This document shows, piece by piece, positions 53,256-60,914 of a stretch of 64,000 nt of DNA. Where the stretch lies: NCBI GenBank assembly GCA_965205265.1, contig CBDBGH010000003.1, forward strand, positions 4,864,001-4,928,000. The letters are read 5' to 3'. Source of the DNA: Alphaproteobacteria bacterium. Lineage in GTDB: Bacteria > Pseudomonadota > Alphaproteobacteria > Bin95. Each line of letters starts with the position of its first letter. Position 1 is the first letter of the stretch. The notes beneath the pieces are model-generated. The model was not told the origin of the DNA and did not search any database. It was given only the letters and a program-made list of their open reading frames with translations. A program made the position numbers and the translations under genes.

Positions 53256-55564
53256 GGCAATTCCTGCGGTTCGGGACGATCCCCATTATATGCTGATTCG
53301 ATTGCACCGACAATCGGATTATTGTTCCACTCGTCAGCCGACACCGGCTCTGCATGTTCCGGCAGGACCATCCGGGCCTCGCGGTCGATCGCGGCCAGCA
53401 CGCCTGCCTCTGCAAGACCCCGCCGGATCCGCGCAGACACGGCCGCCTGACTGGCCGGGCCATCGTCCCGCACCAGGGCGGCCGCCCGCGCCTCGGCTTC
53501 CCGGCAGAGGCCGGCCAACCGCCGGTGAATCGGGTCGGCTGGGTCATATCTCGGCACCGGCACGGTTTTCCAGAGCGTCCGGCTGAAATGCCTTCCGGTA
53601 CTCTTTGCCTCCGCGAAGGCCTCCCTCAGACAGGGCGCGTTGAGGAGGGCGACCAGGAACGCCGCCTCCGCCGACGACGAAACCTGCATCAGGTTCAGTG
53701 TGTGGTCCATGATTGCGCGGCCCGGATCGATCCGGGCCGCGCGCATGATGTCTCCGGATACCGGATGAAGGACAAGGAACCTTTCCGTGCGACAGTTCCG
53801 GGCAAGTTGGAATGACAGCCGCCCGTTGTAGTCCAGACGGTCGAGCAGGCATCCCGGCGTATGGCGGCCCGAGCCGCGATGGTCGCGATAGATGGCGTCG
53901 AGCCGTCCCCAGAACGGACACAGCGGTCCCGGATCGGCCTCGAGACCGCCTTCACGGTCAACGGGAACGATGGCCTGGGACTCCGCCGCCCTGACGACGA
54001 AGGGCAGCATCTCGGCCGACGTCACCGTATCGCGCAGCCAGCGTTCCGGGACATGGCCGGTCTGCCGCGGGATGCTCTTCCAGGGATCCTTCATCGAAGG
54101 CAGGGTCTCGACCGGGACGCCGGCCGCCTCTTCCGGTCCCGTGCGCCGGACCAGGCTCAGGACGCGCGGATAGAAGGTCACGCCATTGGCCGGCGCGTCC
54201 TTGCCGCACCATGCGGACGGCCGCGCCGGCCTGGGACGGGCTGCCGGAACGATCTCCATCCACTTTGCGGCTTCCGCCGTCCCCATCCAGGATCGCGGCG
54301 GTCCGTGACCGGCCCTCCGCCGGGCCACCAGGTTCCCTGTCGGCCCGGCGCAGTTCTCGAACAGGACACAGCAACGCCGGGCCTCGCCCGATCCGAAGGG
54401 CCGGACCGCCTCCAGGTCGAGCACGCTCATACTTTCCGGGGCGTGCCGCTCCCGGTAGCGCGCCCAGGAGCCCGCGGTCCGCGCCGCGCTCTTCACGACC
54501 CAGGCCGCCGCATCATTCTGCGGATTCCCCAACCAGAGCCCCCGCATCCGGACCGCGCAGATCTGCGCCACATCCAGATGCGGGGCATGGGCGCCGCCCG
54601 GAAGGATCCCGAGCTTGCCCGCCAGCTCCTCGAGGACCTGCCGGTACCCCGCCTCTCCCAGGGAAGCCGTCGAGTACCATGGCGGGTTGGCGACAATGCG
54701 GTCCACCTTCCGGGCGGCCAGCATTTTCAGCCCCGGGCCGGGCTCCCCGGCGCCTGCCAGGAGCCCGTCGCCCCAATGGATATGCAGGGCGTCCGCCCCG
54801 CCCGCAGGCGAGACTCCCAGGGCGCGCAGGACTGTCGCCCGGGCCAGAAGGGCTGCAACGGGATGAATATCCACCCCGTGGACCAGTCTGGCCACCACGG
54901 TGCTGCGCTCGGCATCCGGCGGGCCGGCTGCCGCCTCCGTCCGCATGAGCTTCCTCACGGCGTGCCACAGCAATGTTCCGGACCCGCAGGCCGGGTCGAT
55001 CACGCCAATGCCGGGGACCTGCCCGGTGCGGCTCGCCCGGGCCGCCTCGACCGCCCGTTCGCACCAGTCGTCATCGAGAACGCGCTCGACGATCAGGCCG
55101 GCGAGCCAGTCCGGCGTATAGAACGCCCCGCCGAGCCGACGCTCCCGCTCTGCGGTCATGCGCTCGTAGAGAATCCTGAGCATGTCGCCGTCCCGGCTCC
55201 AGTCCGTCCGGCGCACGGCGTCCCCGAGCGCCTGCGTCCATTTCAGGCCCGCATTCCCGGCACCGGCGATCCAGCCCGCGAAAGCCGACTCCGGCGTGGC
55301 TGTCGGCCCGGACATCCGTTCCAGAAGGGCACGGGCGAGCATGGCGAGACAGGAATGCGCGATGAAAAGCCGACGGGCGATATCTCCGTCCGTCGGTTCC
55401 ATGCCGCCCGCCCGGAGCATTCGCGTCCAACCCGCAAGGGACCGTCTGAATCCTTCCAGAGCCGGGCCGGCCAGACCGGCCGCGAGCAGACCGAGCCGGT
55501 CCGACAGGTCCTCGAATGCGGCAAGCGGGTCGCCCACGCCCGGCAATTCCGGGTTACGGCCCAT
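53222..55564 (-). CDS. Large N6-adenine DNA methyltransferase (type IIG-like, no evident nuclease domain)
   Basis: GAFYTPDWLA, IDPACGSGTLL, GVDIHP, IVANPPWY. Confidence 0.85.
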   Translation of the reverse strand: MGRNPELPGVGDPLAAFEDLSDRLGLLAAGLAGPALEGFRRSLAGWTRMLRAGGMEPTDGDIARRLFIAHSCLAMLARALLERMSGPTATPESAFAGWIAGAGNAGLKWTQALGDAVRRTDWSRDGDMLRILYERMTAERERRLGGAFYTPDWLAGLIVERVLDDDWCERAVEAARASRTGQVPGIGVIDPACGSGTLLWHAVRKLMRTEAAAGPPDAERSTVVARLVHGVDIHPVAALLARATVLRALGVSPAGGADALHIHWGDGLLAGAGEPGPGLKMLAARKVDRIVANPPWYSTASLGEAGYRQVLEELAGKLGILPGGAHAPHLDVAQICAVRMRGLWLGNPQNDAAAWVVKSAARTAGSWARYRERHAPESMSVLDLEAVRPFGSGEARRCCVLFENCAGPTGNLVARRRAGHGPPRSWMGTAEAAKWMEIVPAARPRPARPSAWCGKDAPANGVTFYPRVLSLVRRTGPEEAAGVPVETLPSMKDPWKSIPRQTGHVPERWLRDTVTSAEMLPFVVRAAESQAIVPVDREGGLEADPGPLCPFWGRLDAIYRDHRGSGRHTPGCLLDRLDYNGRLSFQLARNCRTERFLVLHPVSGDIMRAARIDPGRAIMDHTLNLMQVSSSAEAAFLVALLNAPCLREAFAEAKSTGRHFSRTLWKTVPVPRYDPADPIHRRLAGLCREAEARAAALVRDDGPASQAAVSARIRRGLAEAGVLAAIDREARMVLPEHAEPVSADEWNNNPIVGAIESAYNGDRPEPQELPCSRNISDSCP
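53285..53321 (-). promoter_or_regulatory. Sigma70-type promoter with operator-like site F
   Basis: Minus strand TTGTCG-N17-TATAAT; TGATTCGATTG-N6-CAATCGGATTA. Confidence 0.8.
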
Positions 55565-55568
55565 CCAT

Positions 55569-56072
55569 TCAGAATCCGGGCTCCGGCAGGGCGGACATCG
55601 ATTCATCCTCTTCCCCGTGATCGGGACCGTGACCGTTGTCGTGCTCGAAGAGGATGCGATAGGTATCGTCTTCGATGACATGCGGCTTCAGCCAGTCATG
55701 GAAAGCCCCGAGGTCCCAGTCACCGGCGGCTACCTCGATGACCCGGTCCGCGATGTCATCGTTGGAAAGCCCCGGGTCGAGCCGCAACCCGTTTGCCGCG
55801 AGCATCGTCACCAGCGCGCCATATCCGGCCCGCTTGTTGCCGTCGACGAACGGATGGTTCTTGACGATCGTCCAGCAGAGCATGGCCGCGGCCTCGACCG
55901 TTTCCATGTCATCCGCATAGGCGATCGCATTGCCGACCCGCCCGACAGCGGACTCCAGCAATCCGAGGTCGCGGATTTCCGGCGCCCCTCCGAAACGCCG
56001 GATCATCACGTCATGCTGTTCGATGATGTCGGCGGTGTCCGGCAGGAAGATCGCCCGCCGGTCGCCGGTCAT
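55569..56072 (-). CDS. doc: Doc/Fic-family toxin
   Basis: IRDLGLLESA, HPFVDGNKR; extra tail EEDESMSALPEPGF. Confidence 0.92.
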   Translation of the reverse strand: MTGDRRAIFLPDTADIIEQHDVMIRRFGGAPEIRDLGLLESAVGRVGNAIAYADDMETVEAAAMLCWTIVKNHPFVDGNKRAGYGALVTMLAANGLRLDPGLSNDDIADRVIEVAAGDWDLGAFHDWLKPHVIEDDTYRILFEHDNGHGPDHGEEDESMSALPEPGF

Positions 56073-56287
56073 TGCGCGAGCCGCCGGTACAGGTCGGCCC
56101 GCATGTCCATGTCGTCCATCAGGGCCTGGTGCATCGCGCCCGAAACCGAATTCCTCGCCTTGACCAGCACCCCGTCCTGGACCGGCACCGTCACGACCTC
56201 GTCGTTCAATCCCAGATTGGCCTGGGCGAGCACCTCGCGCGGCAGCGTCACCATGTGCGACCCCCCGACTCTCACGATCTTCGGCAT
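56069..56287 (-). CDS. AbrB/MazE-type antitoxin
   Basis: KIVRVGGSHMVTLPREVL; ATGA overlap with doc. Confidence 0.85.
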   Translation of the reverse strand: MPKIVRVGGSHMVTLPREVLAQANLGLNDEVVTVPVQDGVLVKARNSVSGAMHQALMDDMDMRADLYRRLAQ

Positions 56288-56305
56288 GGAACCTGCTCCC
56301 CGATT

Positions 56306-56343
56306 GTTATACAAATCATATAACTTTTTCGGGGGACTGTCAA
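56306..56343 (-). promoter_or_regulatory. TA operon promoter and operator
   Basis: Minus strand TTGACA-N17-TATGAT; inverted repeat GTTATA-N7-TATAAC overlaps the -10 box. Confidence 0.75.
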
Positions 56344-56393
56344 GCCTGCCGCGCCGACCGGCGAGGGAACGGCCTGCGGCGAAAGCAGGTCGC

Positions 56394-58238
56394 CTACCCG
56401 GCCGCCCTTTCCTCCGGGTCGCGGTCATGCTGCCAGAAGCGCGGATCGCCCGGCCTGGGCGGTTCCGTCATCTGCTGTCTCCGGAACTCCTCGATATCCC
56501 GGCGCTGCCGGCGCACCGCATCGCCGTCGTTCGGCTCCCCGTCGTCTCCGGGCGGTTTGCTCAACTCGAACGCCCGTTCCACGAGGGACCTCGCCGTCCC
56601 GTAGTCATCGGCCGCCAGGATGTGCTTCGCGACCGGCCGTTCCCTCAACGAAAGGAACAGGTCCACGGCGGCTTCATAACCGGCTTTCCTGAAACGGTCC
56701 CAGGAGAGATCCGGCGGCCCGGCCTCTTCTCCGGCCTCCTGGGAGGTCAGTTCGCCGATACCGTTCAGCAGCGCCTGCAACGCCTCGTTGTCGCACGAGT
56801 AGCCGCCGATCTGCTCGTCGAACTCATGCGCCAGTTGCGGATGCCTGACGACCGCCAGGATGACCTGCATCGCGCGAATGGTGTCGCCGGAGAGCCCGAT
56901 CCCCGCGTCTCCGCCCGGGCGCGGTCGCGGACGGTTCCGGCGCCCGTCCGGGACCGACGGGACTATGCCGAATTCCTTGTGGCACCGGTCCTGGACCTCC
57001 CGTTCATGAAACGCCCGGAGGTCCCGATCCCCTATCCGTCCGCACAGCGTGAGCAGGGCGCGCAGGCACCCGGCCTTGGCGCTCGCGGACTGCGGGTTCT
57101 CGAACCGCAACTCGCTTGTCCAGAGCGTGCCGACCAGGGTCTCCGCACCGTCCAGCGCCGCCCTCAGCGCCTCCGGCCCGCCGGGGGCCCTCACCAGGTC
57201 ATCCGGGTCCTTCCCCTCCGGCAGCGTCGCAAACCGCAGCGACTTGCCGGGCCGGATGGCTTCCAGGGCCCGCTCCGCGACCCGGCGGGCCGCCCTCTGG
57301 CCCGCCTCATCGCCATCGAAACAGAACACCGGTTCGTCGACGATCTGCCAGAGCGCCTTCAGATGGTCCTCGCCGAACGCCGTTCCGAGAGCGGCAACAG
57401 TCTGCGGGAACCCGGCCTGCGACAGCGCGATGGCATCCATATAGCCCTCGACCACCACAATCTCCCGCTTCCGCCAGGCATCCTCGCGCGCCTGGGCGAG
57501 CCCGTACAGGGTCTCGCGCTTCCTGAAGACGGGACTTTCGGCCGTGTTGAGGTATTTCGGCTGACCGGCGCCGAGCGTGCGCCCGCCGAAGGCGATCACC
57601 CGCCCCCGGCGGTCCGTGACAGGGAACACGACGCGTCTGCGCAGCATCGCGCTCGGGCCCTCATCGTCGTGCCGGGGGGCGTGCACCATCCCGGATGCGA
57701 CGATCATCCTGTCCTCGAACCCGGCTTTCGCCAGCATCTGCGGCAGGGCCTGACCGTTGGCAGGCGCCCAGCCCAGGCGAAACCTGCCGATTGTCTCGTC
57801 ATCCAGGCCGCGGCCATGGAGATAGGCCAGCCCCTCCCGCCCTTCCGGCATGCGGAGCTGCTTCTCGTGGAAAGCGGCCGCAGCCTCCATCGCATCCTGA
57901 ACGGTCTGGCGCTCGCCCGCCCGCCGCGCCGCCTGCGGGTCGCGCGCCGGCATCTCCAGTCCGGCCCGGGCGGCGAGCTTCTCGACGGCTTCGGGGAAGG
58001 AAAGCCCCTCTATCTTCATCACGAAATCGAAGACATCCCCGTGCTCGCCGCTCGAGAAGCAATGGTAGAAGCCTTTCTCCGGGACGACGGTGAATGACGG
58101 CGTCTTTTCCGTCTTGAACGGCGACAGGCCGCTGAATTCCCGTCCGGTCCGTTTCAGATTGACGTGGGGCGAGACGATGTCCGTCAGCGGCACGCGTTCA
58201 CGAATGCTGTCGAGAAATTCCGGCGTGAATTCCACCAT
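56394..58238 (-). CDS. dnaG: DNA primase DnaG
   Basis: GLSPFKTEKTPSF..YHCFSSG, AFGGR, KYLNTAE, VVEGYMDAI, CFDGDEAG, GKDPDD. Confidence 0.97.
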   Translation of the reverse strand: MVEFTPEFLDSIRERVPLTDIVSPHVNLKRTGREFSGLSPFKTEKTPSFTVVPEKGFYHCFSSGEHGDVFDFVMKIEGLSFPEAVEKLAARAGLEMPARDPQAARRAGERQTVQDAMEAAAAFHEKQLRMPEGREGLAYLHGRGLDDETIGRFRLGWAPANGQALPQMLAKAGFEDRMIVASGMVHAPRHDDEGPSAMLRRRVVFPVTDRRGRVIAFGGRTLGAGQPKYLNTAESPVFRKRETLYGLAQAREDAWRKREIVVVEGYMDAIALSQAGFPQTVAALGTAFGEDHLKALWQIVDEPVFCFDGDEAGQRAARRVAERALEAIRPGKSLRFATLPEGKDPDDLVRAPGGPEALRAALDGAETLVGTLWTSELRFENPQSASAKAGCLRALLTLCGRIGDRDLRAFHEREVQDRCHKEFGIVPSVPDGRRNRPRPRPGGDAGIGLSGDTIRAMQVILAVVRHPQLAHEFDEQIGGYSCDNEALQALLNGIGELTSQEAGEEAGPPDLSWDRFRKAGYEAAVDLFLSLRERPVAKHILAADDYGTARSLVERAFELSKPPGDDGEPNDGDAVRRQRRDIEEFRRQQMTEPPRPGDPRFWQHDRDPEERAAG

Positions 58239-58314
58239 GCCCCTGCACCCTGTCGCCCGAGCCGCCCGGGACCGTGCATGCTACACGCTGACGGCTCCCT
58301 CCGATACATCCGAG

Positions 58315-58368
58315 AGCATAGCGTAAGCGGATTGTCGTTGCAATCGGATTACTATATCAATCGGTTGG
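58315..58368 (-). promoter_or_regulatory. dnaG promoter with operator-like site G
   Basis: Minus strand TTGCAA-N17-TATGCT; TAAGCGGATTG-N6-CAATCGGATTA-N6-CAATCGGTTGG. Confidence 0.8.
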
Positions 58369-58390
58369 GTGCTTTCGCCGATGGATTGAC

Positions 58391-58780
58391 GGACCGCCAT
58401 ATGTGGCGGTCCCCGGGCGGCGCTGCGACGTCCCTGGCCCGGGGAGGCTCGCAGCTGGAGGCCAGGGCGCCGAAGGAATCCCGGCCCTTCAGGACCGGGA
58501 GGGATATTGCGGTCCGATCCCGACGAAATGTCCCGACCGGCTCTACCGGGCATGCCGGCTACATACCCGGGAGCCGGTCGGGACCTCTACCGACGCAGGG
58601 GGGAGGAAACCCTGAATCGGCAAAGCCCATGCCGCGCCGACGGCAGTGCCCTTCGCGAACTCACACCCGGCCCCGGGCCATCTTCCTGCCCATATCCGAG
58701 GTCGGACCGGGAGACCGGTCGCTTTCATCGTTCCACGGAAGCCGCATGCCCAATCCTCACCCTCCAGGCATGTACGCAGC
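58391..58780 (-). ncRNA. Candidate structured non-coding RNA or ssDNA element
   Basis: Several perfect stems plus a long-range stem; no convincing ORF; lies behind promoter H. Confidence 0.4.
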
Positions 58781-58785
58781 GCATT

Positions 58786-58822
58786 ATTATATGACTCTCC
58801 GATTATCATTGCAATCGGATAA
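58786..58822 (-). promoter_or_regulatory. Sigma70-type promoter with operator-like site H
   Basis: Minus strand TTGCAA-N17-TATAAT; CTCTCCGATTA-N6-CAATCGGATAA. Confidence 0.8.
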
Positions 58823-59004
58823 GGATGGGCGACAGGGTCGCGGCAACGGCCCGGCATGTTCCGGGTTGCCGGCACCCTGGCGGTGAAGGGCTTGGGGCCC
58901 TGCAGGCCAAGCCTGACGACGCGCCTCACGGAGAGGCCGTCATCATCCCCCGGTTCGGGTCGTGACCCCGACGGCGGGCATCGTCCGTCACCGTCCGGGC
59001 GCGG

Positions 59005-60537
59005 CTATTCCCGAATTCCGCCGAAGCCCGCGGAAAGGTCGTCGCGCGTCAGGACGCCGAGCATGGCCTCATGCTCGTTCCCGGCAAAGGCCCCCTCGAC
59101 CTCGCCGTCATCGCCCGATGTGCGGGCGAACGTGTTCGCCGTCACCTGGATCCCGTACTCCAGGTCGCCGTCACCCCACTGCATGCCGGAGCCGACGGCC
59201 CCCGGCGCCGAGCCCGGCGTCCAGAATTCCAGGCCGGTGAAATCCAGGGTCCCGGTGAGATCGGCAAGCTCCACCGTCATCTCGGCCGCACCGGCAACCG
59301 CACTGGACGTCGGCGTCAGGCCGGCCAGCCGTCCTGTCCAGGTTGCGCTTCCTGACAGAAGGGCGTTCGACGCCAGCGGCACATCCGGCAACGGCCCGCC
59401 GAAGGCCCAGGGGCGCACATGCCCGTTGCGCTCGACCGCCCCGAAGCGGAGCAGCCCCGCCCCGCTTGCGAATGAACCCTCCACGGCAAAATGAGCGCTT
59501 TCCGTCTCCCACGGTCCGAGCGCTGTCGCCACCATCGTGTAGTCCTGACCCGCCGTCAGGAATCCGTAGGTGGCAAGCAGGGCCTCGATGTCCATCTGCG
59601 GGAGTATGCCGGGCACCGCAGGCACCGTATTTATCGTTGTGTGCAGCAACGTGTTCGCGAAGGTCGCCGGATCGACATGTTCGCGGCCCAGCACATGCAG
59701 CATTTCATGGCCCAGCACCATCAGCCGCTGGCTTCGTGTCGTGTTCTGAACCGGGTCCACAAAGACCCGCGCGCCGATATAGGTGTGGGGCGTCCCGGCA
59801 TTGTAGATGAACAGCGCCAGCCCGATGGAGCCGTCCCCCGGCATGATCTCCGGCCAGGTGTCGCTCGTCGTGAACTCGACGACGATCCTGCCTTCCTCGG
59901 GATCGGTCATGGTCGTCGTGTCGACCCGGTCGACCGACAGCGTCAATTGCCAGTCCCTCGGCAGGGCGCTGTTGAGCAACCCCACCATGATGCGCACCTC
60001 TTCGAACTGCTCCCCTGTCGTTCCCGCCGCCACATGCACGGTCGGCGGCGTCGCACCCCAGCGGCTGATGGAGATGCGCCCTCCGTGCTCATCCGTCGTC
60101 AGGAGCCGGTTCAACGTCGCCGCATCCGTGCCGTCGTCAAGTTCACCGTAAAAGGAGCCGAAAGCCCCATGCGCCGATCCCGCAGACAGATCGGAGAGGT
60201 TTGCCAGCTGCGTCCCGAACAGGCCGTGGCCGACCAAAACCTGTCCGGCCTCGGGGTTCTGGAGAACCGACGGCCCTCCCGGCACAAAGCTCCATGCCGG
60301 GTCCGGGTGTTCGCCAAAGGTCCCTGTCGGCGAGAAGTCCGCATCCGCGTTCCTGTCCGGCGGATCGGCAAAACCGGTCCCGGGCGGCGGCCGCTGCAAA
60401 TCCCCCGGCTGCGTCCTGTCACCCGGCTCCGGCGGCGCGGCCTCCCCGATCCGGACCGGCGGCGAACTCCCGCCTCCGCCTCCACATGACGCAAGGAAAA
60501 CAGCCGCCATCAGGACGGCAAGTGTCCGCATCTGCAT
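59005..60537 (-). CDS. Lipoprotein with HExxH metallopeptidase-like motif and beta-rich C-terminal domain
   Basis: Lipobox FLASC-GGGGG; LGHEMLHVLG; C-terminal GAF.G..HE..GV...L..GFGG.R. Confidence 0.8.
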   Translation of the reverse strand: MQMRTLAVLMAAVFLASCGGGGGSSPPVRIGEAAPPEPGDRTQPGDLQRPPPGTGFADPPDRNADADFSPTGTFGEHPDPAWSFVPGGPSVLQNPEAGQVLVGHGLFGTQLANLSDLSAGSAHGAFGSFYGELDDGTDAATLNRLLTTDEHGGRISISRWGATPPTVHVAAGTTGEQFEEVRIMVGLLNSALPRDWQLTLSVDRVDTTTMTDPEEGRIVVEFTTSDTWPEIMPGDGSIGLALFIYNAGTPHTYIGARVFVDPVQNTTRSQRLMVLGHEMLHVLGREHVDPATFANTLLHTTINTVPAVPGILPQMDIEALLATYGFLTAGQDYTMVATALGPWETESAHFAVEGSFASGAGLLRFGAVERNGHVRPWAFGGPLPDVPLASNALLSGSATWTGRLAGLTPTSSAVAGAAEMTVELADLTGTLDFTGLEFWTPGSAPGAVGSGMQWGDGDLEYGIQVTANTFARTSGDDGEVEGAFAGNEHEAMLGVLTRDDLSAGFGGIRE

Positions 60538-60683
60538 GAAATCGCTCCTGTTCCCGTCCCCAGGCGGCCCAATCTGAAGTGGCCCGGGACCGTTTGCGAG
60601 AGCTGCGCAGACGAAATATGGGGAAACCGGTTTCCCGGTGTCGCGCACGGGAGCCGGCGCCGGGTGACAGGACGCAGCCGGGG
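60403..60683. repeat. 31-bp inverted repeat (1 mismatch) bracketing the lipoprotein 5' end
   Basis: 60403-60433 CCCCGGCTGCGTCCTGTCACCCGGCTCCGGC versus 60653-60683. Confidence 0.9.
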
Positions 60684-60684
60684 T

Positions 60685-60843
60685 TCAGCCCGCAGGAAGG
60701 AAGAAGCCGGGGACCGCGACGGCGGCCGCGGTCATTCCGGCGACAGCCAGAAGCAGACGGATCTCCCGCTTGACGGTTTCCGCATCGCGCCTCGCCACGT
60801 CTTCGGCCAATCGCGCAATGTCGGTCTTGTAACCGGCTCGCAT
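60685..60843 (-). CDS. Small coiled-coil protein with C-terminal TM
   Basis: KTDIARLAEDVARRD...LLLAVAGMTAAAVAV. Confidence 0.5.
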   Translation of the reverse strand: MRAGYKTDIARLAEDVARRDAETVKREIRLLLAVAGMTAAAVAVPGFFLPAG

Positions 60844-60914
60844 GGTTCTCGATATCCGATTGCTATCGACGGCCCAACCCCAACCTGCCTGCACTGTCCG
60901 CCCGGCGGCCCCGA

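Noticed and set aside
55182-58097. Long antisense or alternative-frame ORFs (971 aa here; also 301-1788, 6635-8410, 10475-12226, 45741-47882, 53861-55678)
   Set aside because: Shadow ORFs of high-GC genes; they overlap well-supported genes and carry no motifs.
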